Positions 1 to 14,503 of a stretch of DNA of 64,000 nucleotides are shown here, one piece after another. This stretch comes from Eledone cirrhosa (taxonomy: Eukaryota). Numbering within the stretch: the first letter of the stretch is position 1; every line of letters begins with the position of its first letter. The stretch covers positions 2,418,001 through 2,482,000 of the forward strand of contig OZ024759.1 of assembly GCA_964016885.1 (NCBI GenBank), read 5' to 3'. A program made the translations under genes and the position numbers. The notes under the pieces are model-generated. The model worked only from the letters and a program-made list of their open reading frames with translations. It ran no database searches and had not been told where the DNA came from.

Positions 1-3000
1 ATATTAGTAATATGACACAGTCTATATTAGTAGCATGACAAAGTCTATATTAGTAACATGACAAAGTCTATATTAGTAACATGACACAGTCTATATTAGT
101 AACATGACAAAGTCTATATTAGTAACATGACAAAGTCTATATTAGTAACATGACACAGTCTATATTAGTAACATGACAAAGTCTATATTAGTAACATGAC
201 AAAGTCTATATTAGTAACATGACAGTCTATATTAGTAACATGACACAGTCTATATTAGTAACATGACAAAGTCTATATTAGTAGCATGACACAGTCTATA
301 TTAGTAACATGACACTGTCTATATTGGTAACATGACAAAGTCTATATTAGTAGCATGACACTGTCTATATTAGTAACATGACACAGTCTATATTAGTAAC
401 ATGACACTGTCTATATTAGTAACATGACACAGTCTATATTAGTAACATGACACAGTCTATATTAGTAACATGACAAAGTCTATATTAGTAACATGACAAA
501 GTCTATATTAGTAACATGACAAAGTCTATATTAGTAACATGACAAAGTCAATATTAGTAACATGACAAAGTCTATATTAGTAACATGACAAAGTCTATAT
601 TAGTAACATGACAAAGTCTATATTAGTAACATGGCAAAGTCTATATTAGTAACATGACAAAGTCTATATTAGTAACATGACACAGTCTATATTAGTAGCA
701 TGACACAGTCTATATTAGTAACATGACACAGTCTATATTAGTAGCATGACAAAGTCTATATTAGTAACATGACAAAGTCTATGTTAGTAACATGACACAG
801 TCTATATTAGTAACATGACAAAGTCTATATTAGTAACATGACAAAGTCTATATTAGTAACATGACACAGTCTATATTAGTAACATGACAAAGTCTATATT
901 AGTAACATGACAAAGTCTATATTAGTAACATGACAGTCTATATTAGTAACATGACACAGTCTATATTAGTAACATGACAAAGTCTATATTAGTAGCATGA
1001 CACAGTCTATATTAGTAACATGACACAGTCTATATTAGTAACATGACACAGTCTATATTAGTAACATGGCAAAGTCTATATTAGTAACATGACAAAGTCT
1101 ATATTAGTAACATGACACAGTCTATATTAGTAACATGACACAGTCTATATTAGTAACATGACACAGTCTATATTAGTAACATGACACAGTCTATATTAGT
1201 AACATGACACAGTCTATATTAGTAACATGACACAGTCTATATTAGTAACATGACACAGTCTATATTAGTAACATGACACAGTCTATATTAGTAACATGAC
1301 AAAGTCTATATTAGTAACATGACACAGTCTATATTAGTAACATGACACAGTCTATATTAGTAACATGACACAGTCTATATTAGTAACATGACACAGTCTA
1401 TATTAGTAGCATGACAAAGTCTATATTAGTAACATGACACAGTCTATATTAGTAACATGACAAAGTCTATATTAGTAACATGACACAGTCTATATTAGTA
1501 ACATGACAAAGTCTATATTAGTAGCATGACAAAGTCTATATTAGTAGCATGACAAAGTCTATATTAGTAGCATGACAAAGTCTATATTAGTAACATGACA
1601 AAGTCTATATTAGTAACATGACAACGTCTATATTAGTAACATGACACAGTCTATATTAGTAACATGACACAGTCTATATTAGTAGCATGACAAAGTCTAT
1701 ATTAGTAACATGACACAGTCTATATTAGTAACATGACACAGTCTATATTAGTAACATGACACAGTCTATATTAATAGCATGACAAAGTCTATATTAGTAA
1801 CATGACACAGTCTATATTAGTAACATGACAAAGTCTATATTAGTAACATGACACAGTCTATATTAGTAACATGACAAAGTCTATATTTGTAGCATGACAA
1901 AGTCTATATTAGTAGCATGACAAAGTCTATATTAGTAGCATGACAAAGTCTATATTAGTAACATGACAAAGTCTATATTAGTAACATGACAAAGTCTATA
2001 TTAGTAACATGACACAGTCTATATTAGTAGCATGACACAGTCTATATTAGTAACATGACAAAGTCTATATTAGTAGCATGACAAAGTCTATATTAGTAAC
2101 ATGACACAGTCTATATTAGTAATATGACAAAGTCTATATTAGTAACATGACAAAGTCTATATTAGTAACATGACACAGTCTATATTAGTAACATGACAAT
2201 GTCTATATTAGTAACATGACAAAGTCTATATTAGTAACATGACACAGTCTATATTAGTAACATGACACAGTCTATATTAGTAACATGACACAGTCTATAT
2301 TAGTAACATGACACAGTCTATATTAGTAACATGACACAGTCTATATTTGTAACATGACAAAGTCTATATTAGTAACATGACAAAGTCTATATTAGTAACA
2401 TGACACAGTCTATATTAGTAACATGACACAGTCTATATTAGTAACATGACACAGTCTATATTAGTAACATGACACAGTCTATATTAGTAACATGACAAAG
2501 TCTATATTAGTAGCATGACAAAGTCTATATTAGTAGCATGACAAAGTCTATATTAGTAGCATGACAAAGTCTATATCAGTAACATGACAAAGTCTATATT
2601 AGTAACATGACAAAGTCTATATTAGTAACATGACACAGTCTATATTAGTAGCATGACAAAGTCTATATTAGTAACATGACACAGTCTATATTAGTAGCAT
2701 GACAAAGTCTATATTAGTAACATGACACAGTCTATATTAGTAACATGACACAGTCTATATTAGTAACATGACACAATCTATATTAGTAACATGACAAAGT
2801 CTATATTAGTAACATGACAAAGTCTATATTAGTAACATGACAAAGTCTATATTAGTAACATGACACAGTCTATATTAGTAACATGACACAGTCTATATTA
2901 GTAACATGACAAAGTCTATATTAGTAGCATGACAAAGTCTATATTAGTAACATGACACAGTCTATATTAGTAGCATGACAAAGTCTATATTACTAACATG

Positions 3001-6000
3001 ACTCAGTCTATATTAATAACATGACAAAGTCTATATTAGTAGCATGACAAAGTCTATATTAGTAACATGACACAGTCTATATTAGTAGCATGACAAAGTC
3101 TATATTAGTAACATGACAAAGTCTATATTAGTAACATGACACAGTCTATATTAGTAACATGACAAAGTCTATATTAGTAACATGACAAAGTCTATATTAG
3201 TAACATGACACAGTCTATATAAGTAACATGACAAAGTCTATATTAGTAACATGACAAAGTCTATATTAGTAACATGACAGTCTATATTAGTAACATGACA
3301 CAGTCTATATTAGTAACATGACAAAGTCTATATTAGTAGCATGACACAGTCTATATTAGTAACATGACACAGTCTATATTAGTAACATGACACAGTCTAT
3401 ATTAGTAACATGACACAGTCTATATTAGTAACATGACACTGTCTATATTAGTAACATGACAAAGTCTATATTAGTAGCATGACACAGTCTATATTAGTAA
3501 CATGACACAGTCTATATTAGTAGCATGACAAAGTCTATATTAGTAACATGACACAGTCTATATTAGTAACATGACACAGTCTATATTAGTAACATGACAC
3601 AGTCTATATTAGTAACATGACAAAGTCTATATTAGTAACATGACAAAGTCTATATTAGTAACATGACAAAGTCTATATTAGTAACATGACACAGTCTATA
3701 TTAGTAACATGACACAGTCTATATTAGTAACATGACAAAGTCTATATTAGTAGCATGACAAATTCTATATTAGTAATATGACACAGTCTATATTAGTAGC
3801 ATGACAAAGTCTATATTAGTAACATGACAAAGTCTATATTAGTAACATGACAAAGTCTATATTAGTAACATGACACAGTCTATATTAGTAACATGACACA
3901 GTCTATATTAGTAACATGACAAAGTCTATATTAGTAGCATGACAAATTCTATATTAGTAATATGACACAGTCTATATTAGTAGCATGACAAAGTCTATAT
4001 TAGTAACATGACAAAGTCTATATTAGTAACATGACACAGTCTATATTAGTAACATGACAAAGTCTATATTAGTAACATGACAAAGTCTATATTAGTAACA
4101 TGACAAAGTCTATATTAGTAACATGACAGTCTATATTAGTAACATGACACAGTCTATATTAGTAACATGACAAAGTCTATATTAGTAGCATGACACAGTC
4201 TATATTAGTAACATGACACTGTCTATATTGGTAACATGACAAAGTCTATATTAGTAGCATGACACAGTCTATATTAGTAACATGACACAGTCTATATTAG
4301 TAACATGACACTGTCTATATTAGTAACATGACACAGTCTATATTAGTAACATGACAAAGTCTATATTAGTAACATGACAAAGTCTATATTAGTAACATGA
4401 CAAAGTCTATATTAGTAACATGACAAAGTCTATATTAGTAACATGACAAAGTCTATATTAGTAACATGACAAAGTCTATATTAGTAACATGACAAAGTCT
4501 ATATTAGTAACATGGCAAAGTCTATATTAGTAACATGACAAAGTCTATATTAGTAACATGACACAGTCTATATTAGTAGCATGACACAGTCTATATTAGT
4601 AACATGACACAGTCTATATTAGTAGCATGACAAAGTCTATATTAGTAACATGACAAAGTCTATATTAGTAACATGACACAGTCTATATTAGTAACATGAC
4701 AAAGTCTATATTAGTAACATGACAAAGTCTATATTAGTAACATGACACAGTCTATATTAGTAACATGACAAAGTCTATATTAGTAACATGACAAAGTCTA
4801 TATTAGTAACATGACAGTCTATATTAGTAACATGACACAGTCTATATTAGTAACATGACAAAGTCTATATTAGTAGCATGACACAGTCTATATTAGTAAC
4901 ATGACACAGTCTATATTAGTAACATGACACAGTCTATATTAGTAACATGACACAGTCTATATTAGTAACATGACACTGTCTATATTAGTAACATGACAAA
5001 GTCTATATTAGTAGCATGACACAGTCTATATTAGTAACATGACACAGTCTATATTAGTAGCATGACAAAGTCTATATTAGTAACATGACACAGTCTATAT
5101 TAGTAACATGACACAGTCTATATTAGTAACATGACACAGTCTATATTAGTAACATGACAAAGTCTATATTAGTAACATGACAAAGTCTATATTAGTAACA
5201 TGACAAAGTCTATATTAGTAACATGACACAGTCTATATTAGTAACATGACACAGTCTATATTAGTAACATGACAAAGTCTATATTAGTAGCATGACAAAG
5301 TCTATATTAGTAACATGACACAGTCTATATTAGTAGCATGACAAAGTCTATATTAGTAACATGACAAAGTCTATATTAGTAACATGACACAGTCTATATT
5401 AGTAACATGACAAAGTCTATATTAGTAACATGACAAAGTCTATATTAGTAACATGACACAGTCTATATTAGTAACATGACAAAGTCTATATTAGTAACAT
5501 GACAAAGTCTATATTAGTAACATGACAGTCTATATTAGTAACATGACACAGTCTATATTAGTAACATGACAAAGTCTATATTAGTAGCATGACACAGTCT
5601 ATATTAGTAACATGACACAGTCTATATTAGTAACATGACACAGTCTATATTAGTAACATGACACAGTCTATATTAGTAACATGACACTGTCTATATTGGT
5701 AACATGACAAAGTCTATATTAGTAGCATGACACAGTCTATATTAGTAACATGACACAGTCTATATTAGTAACATGACACTGTCTATATTAGTAACATGAC
5801 ACAGTCTATATTAGTAACATGACACAGTCTATATTAGTAACATGACAAAGTCTATATTAGTAACATGACAAAGTCTATATTAGTAACATGACAAAGTCTA
5901 TATTAGTAACATGACAAAGTCTATATTAGTAACATGACAAAGTCTATATTAGTAACATGACAAAGTCTATATTAGTAACATGACAAAGTCTATATTAGTA

Positions 6001-9000
6001 ACATGGCAAAGTCTATATTAGTAACATGACAAAGTCTATATTAGTAACATGACAAAGTCTATATTAGTAACATGACAAAGTCTATATTAGTAACATGACA
6101 AAGTCTATATTAGTAACATGACAAAGTCTATATTAGTAACATGACAGTCTATATTAGTAACATTACAAAGTCTATATTAGTAGCATGACAAAGTCTATAT
6201 TAGTAACATGACAAAGTCTATATTAGTAACATGACAAAGTCTATATTAGTAACATGACAAAGTCTATATTAGTAACATGACAAAGTCTATATTAGTAACA
6301 TGACAAAGTCTATATTAGTAACATGACACAGTCTATATTAGTAGCATGACAAAGTCTATATTAGTAACATGACACAGTCTATATTAGTAACATGACAAAG
6401 TCTATATTAGTAACATGACACAGTCTATATTAGTAACATGACACAGTCTATATTAGTAACATGACACAGTCTATATTAGTAACATGACACAGTCTATATT
6501 AGTAGCATGACAAAGTCTATATTAGTAACATGACACAGTCTATATTAGTAACATGACAAAGTCTATATTAGTAACATGACACAGTCTATATTAGTAACAT
6601 GACAAAGTCTATATTAGTAGCATGACAAAGTCTATATTAGTAGCATGACAAAGTCTATATTAGTAGCATGACAAAGTCTATATTAGTAACATGACAAAGT
6701 CTATATTAGTAACATGACAACGTCTATATTAGTAACATGACACAGTCTATATTAGTAACATGACACAGTCTATATTAGTAGCATGACAAAGTCTATATTA
6801 GTAACATGACACAGTCTATATTAGTAACATGACACAGTCTATATTAGTAACATGACACAGTCTATATTAATAGTATGGCAAAGTCTATATTAGTAACATG
6901 ACACAGTCTATATTAGTAACATGACAAAGTCTATATTAGTAACATGACACAGTCTATATTAGTAACATGACAAAGTCTATATTTGTAGCATGACAAAGTC
7001 TATATTAGTAGCATGACAAAGTCTATATTAGTAGCATGACAAAGTCTATATTAGTAACATGACAAAGTCTATATTAGTAACATGACAAAGTCTATATTAG
7101 TAACATGACACAGTCTATATTAGTAGCATGACACAGTCTATATTAGTAACATGACAAAGTCTATATTAGTAGCATGACAAAGTCTATATTAGTAACATGA
7201 CACAGTCTATATTAGTAACATGACAAAGTCTATATTAGTAACATGACAAAGTCTATATTAGTAACATGACACAGTCTATATTAGTAACATGACAATGTCT
7301 ATATTAGTAACATGACAAAGTCTATATTAGTAACATGACACAGTCTATATTAGTAACATGACACAGTCTATATTAGTAACATGACACAGTCTATATTAGT
7401 AACATGACACAGTCTATATTAGTAACATGACACAGTCTATATTTGTAACATGACAAAGTCTATATTAGTAACATGACAAAGTCTATATTAGTAACATGAC
7501 AAAGTCTATATTAGTAACATGACACAGTCTATATTAGTAACATGACACAGTCTATATTAGTAACATGACACAGTCTATATTAGTAACATGACACAGTCTA
7601 TATTAATAACATGACAAAGTCTATATTAGTAGCATGACAAAGTCTATATTAGTAGCATGACAAAGTCTATATTAGTAGCATGACAAAGTCTATATTAGTA
7701 ACATGACAAAGTCTATATTAGTAACATGACAAAGTCTATATTAGTAACATGACACAGTCTATATTAGTAGCATGACAAAGTCTATATTAGTAACATGACA
7801 CAGTCTATATTAGTAGCATGACAAAGTCTATATTAGTAACATGACACAGTCTATATTAGTAACATGACACAGTCTATATTAGTAACATGACAAAGTCTAT
7901 ATTAGTAACATGACAAAGTCTATATTAGTAACATGACAGTCTATATTAGTAACATGACACAGTCTATATTAGTAACATGACAAAGTCTATATTAGTAGCA
8001 TGACACAGTCTATATTAGTAACATGACACAGTCTATATTAGTAACATGACACAGTCTATATTAGTAACATGACACAGTCTATATTAGTAACATGACACTG
8101 TCTATATTAGTAACATGACAAAGTCTATATTAGTAGCATGACACAGTCTATATTAGTAACATGACACAGTCTATATTAGTAGCATGACAAAGTCTATATT
8201 AGTAACATGACACAGTCTATATTAGTAACATGACACAGTCTATATTAGTAACATGACACAGTCTATATTAGTAACATGACAAAGTCTATATTAGTAACAT
8301 GACAAAGTCTATATTAGTAACATGACAAAGTCTATATTAGTAACATGACACAGTCTATATTAGTAACATGACACAGTCTATATTAGTAACATGACAAAGT
8401 CTATATTAGTAGCATGACAAAGTCTATATTAGTAACATGACACAGTCTATATTAGTAGCATGACAAAGTCTATATTACTAACATGACACAGTCTATATTA
8501 ATAACATGACAAAGTCTATATTAGTAGCATGACAAAGTCTATATTAGTAACATGACACAGTCTATATTAGTAGCATGACAAAGTCTATATTAGTAACATG
8601 ACAAAGTCTATATTAGTAACATGACACAGTCTATATTAGTAACATGACAAAGTCTATATTAGTAACATGACAAAGTCTATATTAATAACATGACACAGTC
8701 TATATTAGTAACATGACAAAGTCTATATTAGTAACATGACAAAGTCTATATTAGTAACATGACAGTCTATATTAGTAACATGACACAGTCTATATTAGTA
8801 ACATGACAACGTCTATATTAGTAGCATGACACAGTCTATATTAGTAACATGACACAGTCTATATTAGTAACATGACACAGTCTATATTAGTAACATGACA
8901 CAGTCTATATTAGTAACATGACACTGTCTATATTAGTAACATGACAAAGTCTATATTAGTAGCATGACACAGTCTATATTAGTAACATGACACAGTCTAT

Positions 9001-9950
9001 ATTAGTAACATGACACTGTCTATATTAGTAACATGACACAGTCTATATTAGTAACATGACAAAGTCTATATTAGTAACATGACAAAGTCTATATTAGTAA
9101 CATGACAAAGTCTATATTAGTAACATGACAAAGTCTATATTAGTAGCATGACAAAGTCTATATTAGTAACATGACAAAGTCTATATTAGTAACATGACAA
9201 AGTCTATATTAGTAACATGACAAAGTCTATATTAGTAACATGACAATGTCTATATTAGTAACATGACAAAGTCTATATTAGTAACATGACAAAGTCTATA
9301 TTAGTAACATGACAAAGTCTATATTAGTAACATGACAAAGTCTATATTAGTAACATGACAAAGTCTATATTAGTAACATGACAAAGTCTATATTAGTAAC
9401 ATGATACAGTCTATATTAGTAACATGACACAGTCTATATTAGTAACATGATACAGTCTATATTAGTAACATGACACAGTCTATATTAGTAACATGACAGT
9501 CTATATTAGTAACATGACACAGTCTATATTAGTAACATGGCACTGTCTATATTAGTAGCATGACACAGTCTATATTAGTAACATGACAAAGTCTATATTA
9601 GTAACATGACACAGTCTATATTAGTAACATGACAAAGTCTATATTAGTAGCATGACACAGTCTATATTAGTAACATGACAAAGTCTATATTAGTAGCATG
9701 ACACAGTCTATATTAGTAACATGACAAAGTCTATATTAGTAACATGACACAGTCTATATTAGTAACATGACAAAGTCTATATTAGTAACATGACAAAGTC
9801 TATATTAGTAACATGACAAAGTCTATATTAGTAACATGACACAGTCTATATTAGTAACATGACAAAGTCTATATTAGTATCATGGCAAGATCTATATTTT
9901 TAGCATAACAAAGTCGGTATTAGTAACATGAGAAAGTCTATACTAGTAGG
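1..9950. repeat. 23-bp satellite array, consensus GTCTATATTAGTA(A/G)CATGACA(A/C)A, ~430 copies, truncated by window start, intronic
   Basis: GTCTA recurs at 20, 43, etc. (period 23); occasional 21-bp deletion monomers; last units (9880-9950) are degenerate. Confidence 0.98.
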
Positions 9951-12718
9951 ATGCGTGACAGACGGGATGTGCAGTGGTACGCGCAAAAGTGAAACTAATC
10001 ACTAAACGTAAAATCCGGTCTCCTGGTGTTGCCCTGCCCAAAAGATTGAATGCTGCTCGTCTTAGGGATAAAAATGTGAAGAGGGCATTGAAAGAAGAGA
10101 TGCAGGTTGCAGATCTCGGTGAGGATTGGCCGACCCTTAAAAAGTCGATTTATGATGTAGGCAGGCGTGTTCTGGGATTGGTGCAGGAAAACATCAAGAC
10201 TGGTTTAACGAGAATGATGAACATATAGAAGACTTGTTGGCTGAGAAGAGGCGTGCTCTGTCACGCTACTTGACGGCAAAACCACAGGAGAAGAATATGT
10301 TGCATGAGGAACTCAAGGATGTAAAATCACGTGTTAGGCGAAGTCATCCTCAGATGAAGGATCAGTGGTGGAGTGAAAAGGCTGATGAGATACAAACTGC
10401 ATCAGATTCCAATAACACAAAGCTGTTGTACAGTCTCTTGCGTGAAGTTTATGGACCGTCTTCTTCTCTGGTGACACCGCTTCGCACCAAGGATGGCAAA
10501 GAACTTCTTCGTGACTCACAAGGAATGCTATGAAGCTGGCGAGAGCACTTTCATGAGCTTTTGAATCAGCCGTCTGTCGTCAATGAAGATTTCCTCAACC
10601 TCATTCCAGAAAGTCCTGTGAAAGTAGCTCTCGCAGAACCTCCGACGCTTGTGGAGGTTGCAATGGCTATCTCAAAGCTGAACAGTGGAAGGTCTCCAGG
10701 TATGGATGGCATACATGCAGAGCTCCTACAATATGATGGTGAGAGACTTCTGCAACATCTTCACTCTTTGTTTGGCAGGATATGGGCTAATGAATCCGTA
10801 CTTGAGGACTGGAGAGATGCAGTAATGGTGGTCTTGTACAAGGGAAAGGGTAACAGGAATGATTGTGGGAACTACAGAGGTATATCATTGCTTTCTGCCG
10901 TAGGGAAAGTTTTTTGTAGGGTGATGCTGGACCATCTGCTGACATACATTGCAGATTATATTCTTCCTGAAAGTCAATCTGGTTTTCGTGCTGGACGCGG
11001 CACTACTGATATGATCTTTGCAGCTAGACAGCTCCAGGAGAAGTGCATGGAACAAGGCTTGGATCTGTATCAGGTTTTTGTCGATCTGACAAAAGCTTTC
11101 GATACTGTTAACAGCAATGCATTATGGAAGGTTCTCCAGAAACTTGGTTGCCCTGATAAGTTCCTTGCTTTAGTTAGGTCTTTCCATGATGACATGAAGG
11201 CTTGGGTTAATGTCGGAGGTAACATGTCGGAGCCTATCTCAGTAAAAAAATGGAGTGAAACAGGGGGATATTCCAGCACCGACTCTGTTTGCCATGTAAT
11301 TTGCAATGGTTTTCTGCATTGCATTCAGGAATTGCGAGCATGGTGTTTACATCCGATATCGAACCTCAGGCAGCATATTTAACATCAGGCGCTTTGCTGC
11401 AAAAACAAAAGTATTTACATCAATCATAAGAGACCTCTTGTATGCAGATGATTGCGCACACAGAGAGTGATATGCAGCACATTTTGAATACATTTTCTGA
11501 TGCTTGCACTGTCGTCATGTACCAACCTGCCTCTGGTAAGCAGTACACTGAACCAAACATCTATGTGTATGGTAAACGACTTGGAGTGGTTGATCAGTTT
11601 GTCTACCTGGGAAGCACTGTTGATCGATACAGCAACCTTGATAATGAAATCCTACTCAGGATTAGGAAAGCAAGTGATGCTTTCAGAAAGCTAGAAAGGC
11701 GACTCTTGGGTCGGTGAGACATATGCAAGAAGACAAAGGTAAAGGTGTACAAGGCATGTGTGCTCTCTTCTCTTCTTTATGCCTGCGAGAACTGGGTCAC
11801 ATATCGACACCACCTTAAGCAATTGGAGCGTTTCCATCAGATGTGTCTCAGACGTTCCATGGCATTCACTGGAGGGACCACATCAGTGATGTCGAGATTT
11901 TGGAAAGCTCTATGTGTGACAGTATAGCAGCTCTTGTGCTTAAGCAAAGACTCCGTTGGAGTGGTCACCTTGCCAGGATGAAGAATTCTAGAATACCAAA
12001 ACAACTCTTTTATGGAGAGTTAGTTAAAGAAAAACGACCTCCACATAAACCAAAAAAGAGGTGTAAGGATTCCTTGAAAGCCTCTTTGAAAGACGCTAAC
12101 ATTTCTGCTGATACATGGAAAAATATTGCTGCTGATCGTAATAAATGGAGAAAGACTGTATATGAGGGGAAAGTTACTTTTGAGGCATCTTAATTCGCAT
12201 ACGAGAAAGTAAAGCGGGATGTGAGGAAAGGCATTGCTTTTGCATTTCCAGACGGCGAAGGTCCTCCTATGGCGCCGACATGCAGCGTCTGTGCGAGACT
12301 CTGCCTAAGTAAAGCTGGACTCAAAAGTCATCTTAAAGTGAGACCAGTGGTTGACTACCAGGCTGCTGTTGGAGATGCTACTCATCATGCTTGCCAAGCT
12401 TGTGGTAGAGAATGTAAATCAGCAGGAGGGCTCAAACGACATGCAAAAGTACATGAACTCCAACCGCAGCTGGCTATTCCCAGTGAATGTTTTGGTTGCC
12501 GACTCTGTGCAAGACATTTTAGATCATTGGCTGGGCTAAAAAGCCACATTCGATTGCAGCGCTGTTAATTGCTATCGTGTGTGCGTGTGTATATATATAT
12601 GTATATTATTATTGTTGTTGTCGTTATCATTGTTGTTATTATTATTATTATTGTTATTATTATGGGTTTTTTGTTTCTCATGGAATGGCCATACTCGATA
12701 ACGAGGGGGGCAGCCATC

Positions 12719-12720
<2 letters not shown>
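9940..12720 (+). mobile_element. 5'-truncated, decayed RTE-clade non-LTR retrotransposon (end of endonuclease, RT, three C-terminal C2H2 zinc fingers, 3' stem-loop tail)
   Basis: RT motifs KSPGMDGI-like (RSPGMDGIHAE), NYRGISLLS, PESQSGFRAGRGTTDMIF, FVDLTKAFDTV, LLYADDCA (~11436-11458), FVYLGS, RLRWSGHLARM, RIPKQLFYGEL; stops/frameshifts split it into ORFs 9974-12568; 3' hairpin ATGGC..CTCG-ATAA-CGAG..GCCAT then microsatellite, as in RTE tails. Confidence 0.93.
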
Positions 12721-12806
<86 letters not shown>

Positions 12807-12866
12807 ATATATATATATATGCATGTATATATGTATATATATATATGTATATGCATGTATATATAC
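12578..12866. repeat. Compound microsatellite: (GT/AT)n, (ATT/GTT)n and long (TA)n in/after the LINE 3' end
   Basis: Directly visible; (TA)n run at ~12724-12866. Confidence 0.95.
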
Positions 12867-12884
12867 AACATTATTGTTTATTAG

Positions 12885-13022
12885 GTTGCTGCACTACAGA
12901 AAAATATACCACCTCCCCGTGACTACCAACCTCCTCCTACACATGATGGACTGAACCAAGATTTAGCCAACCATCTGTCAAATGTCCTTCAGAGACTTAT
13001 ATTGGATGATAGTTGTCTTGAG
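12885..13022 (+). CDS. SPAG17: SPAG17/PF6-like internal exon A ([46 protein letters not shown]), phase 0/0
   Basis: ttattag acceptor, GAG|gtgagt donor, 138 nt open; resembles recalled vertebrate SPAG17 VVATEEDLVPP..DGLDHRIAAH segment. Confidence 0.85.
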
Positions 13023-13062
13023 GTGAGTTGTCTTTCCTTGTTCTCAACAAGAGTTACTTTAA

Positions 13063-13278
13063 CCCTTTAGCATTTAAACTGGCCATATCCAGTCAGAATT
13101 GTCTCACCTTTTTCTGTTTAAACCAGCCATAACTGGCCACTCATACTGATGTTAAGGTATTGTTATCAAAATAAATAATATCAAAATCTTATAGATAATT
13201 ATGTGAGGTAAAACATTTACCACAAAAATATAATAGTAAATATAATAATATAAATAGAGTAATGTAAATACTAAAGGG
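13063..13278. mobile_element. piggyBac-type MITE (216 bp)
   Basis: TTAA on both sides (13059-13062, 13279-13282); terminal inverted repeats CCCTTTAGCATTTA / TAAATACTAAAGGG (13/14 match). Confidence 0.8.
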
Positions 13279-13349
13279 TTAATATGAGGTGTCTTCCCTT
13301 ATTTTTGACAGAAGTGGTCTTGAGGTGAGTTGTCTTCCCTTGTGATAAC

Positions 13350-13572
13350 GGTGTTGGGCTCACAATTGTAATGTCGTGGGTTCAATTCCTGGACTGTGTG
13401 TTTTGTTCTTGAACAAAATACTACATTCTCCGTTTCTCCAGTATACTTAGCTAAAATTGGAGTTTAACCCTTTGATGGACTAGTGTCCTTTCCAGGAAGA
13501 AGTCTTGTACTCTCAGTCGATTAACACCAGATAAACACTGGCCTGCTGAGCCTCTAGACTCAAGACAGACTT
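13350..13572 (+). mobile_element. tRNA-derived SINE remnant
   Basis: Pol III B-box GGTTCAATTCC at 13379-13389, followed by TGTTCTTGAACAAAATACT and AACCCTTTGATGGACTAG, resembling invertebrate SINE core segments; boundaries approximate. Confidence 0.65.
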
Positions 13573-13630
13573 TAGAGGTAGTGTGGTATGAATAGGGCTA
13601 ACCATTAATTGTTTGCTTTGGTTTAGATAT

Positions 13631-13830
13631 GCGGTATATACTCGAAATATGTAACAAAAAAACTAAACGGTGGTGGTGGTGGTGTGGTGGGAATCGGCTT
13701 ATATACGAGGTCAATATCTTTTGACTATGTTCACCAACTTCAAATTCTACGTAAATAAGGTTTCGGTTTTTGCCCAAATCTCAGATATAAAATAGTAGGG
13801 TTGGTGTATATAAGATAATCACTTTAAAAT
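13631..13830. mobile_element. Possible Tc1/mariner (Tc2-like) MITE fragment
   Basis: CGGTATATACTCGAA-like terminus and GGCTTATATACGAG subterminal motif; similar motifs at 15937-16117; no clean TIR pair. Confidence 0.3.
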
Positions 13831-13859
13831 GAAGAGTTTATTGCTTAACTAGAGGTTGT

Positions 13860-14110
13860 ATCATCATCATTTTACTCTATTTTCCACGCTAGCATGGGTT
13901 AGATGGGTTGTCCTGTTGTGGGCAATGCCAGGTCAGGTGACCATGTCTTGTTCATACAGAACTGATTTTGGCTTGGTTTCTACAGCTCGATGCCCTTCCT
14001 AGCACCAACCTCATTGTGGACTGGGTGCTATTTGTTGTGACACCTACATGACTACTTTACAGTGTGGGCTGGGTACTTTTTTGTCATGACACCAAGATGA
14101 CCACTTTATA
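13860..14110 (-). mobile_element. SINE/RTE-tail-type interspersed repeat, copy 1
   Basis: (TCA)n tail then TTTCCACGCTAGCATGGGTT...ACAGAACTGATTTTGGCTTGGTTTCTACAGCTCGATGCCCTTCCTA; closely similar copy at 16340-16545. Confidence 0.75.
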
Positions 14111-14146
14111 GGTTTACTGATTAATTGGCTGGTTGGTTGATTTTAG

Positions 14147-14411
14147 GTGCTTAATAATAAACAGGAAGAGGAAGTTGTTGAGATAGAAACCCCTCTGAAG
14201 TTGATCAACTACCACGACAAAAGTGGTCGACGCTATCATCATTTGAAACCACTCCATGATTTTATACCACAAGCCGAGGATGAGAATATGTTGAACACGT
14301 TTTCTTGCTTCAAAGTTGAGAATTTCCCAATCACGACGACCAGGACTCATGTTGATGCTGAGGCTCAGTCATTTCTCCATTACTGCCTGAAGAGCCGTCT
14401 CCCACAAAGCG
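14147..14411 (+). CDS. SPAG17: SPAG17-like exon B (VLNNKQEEE..PLKLINYHDK..SFLHYCLKSRLPQS), phase 0/1
   Basis: ttttag acceptor, G|gtcagt donor, 265 nt open; PLKLINYHD matches recalled SPAG17 PLLLNYHD and LHYC matches MHFC. Confidence 0.85.
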
Positions 14412-14503
14412 GTCAGTTCTTTCATCTTTGTTTGGTCTTTCTACAACATTGCATTCCACATAACGTTGGGCTGTGTCCTTTAGTCTTTGTACAACCAATT
14501 TAG

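Noticed and set aside
12569-12954. Hydrophobic YI/IV-rich ORFs
   Set aside because: Microsatellite translations.
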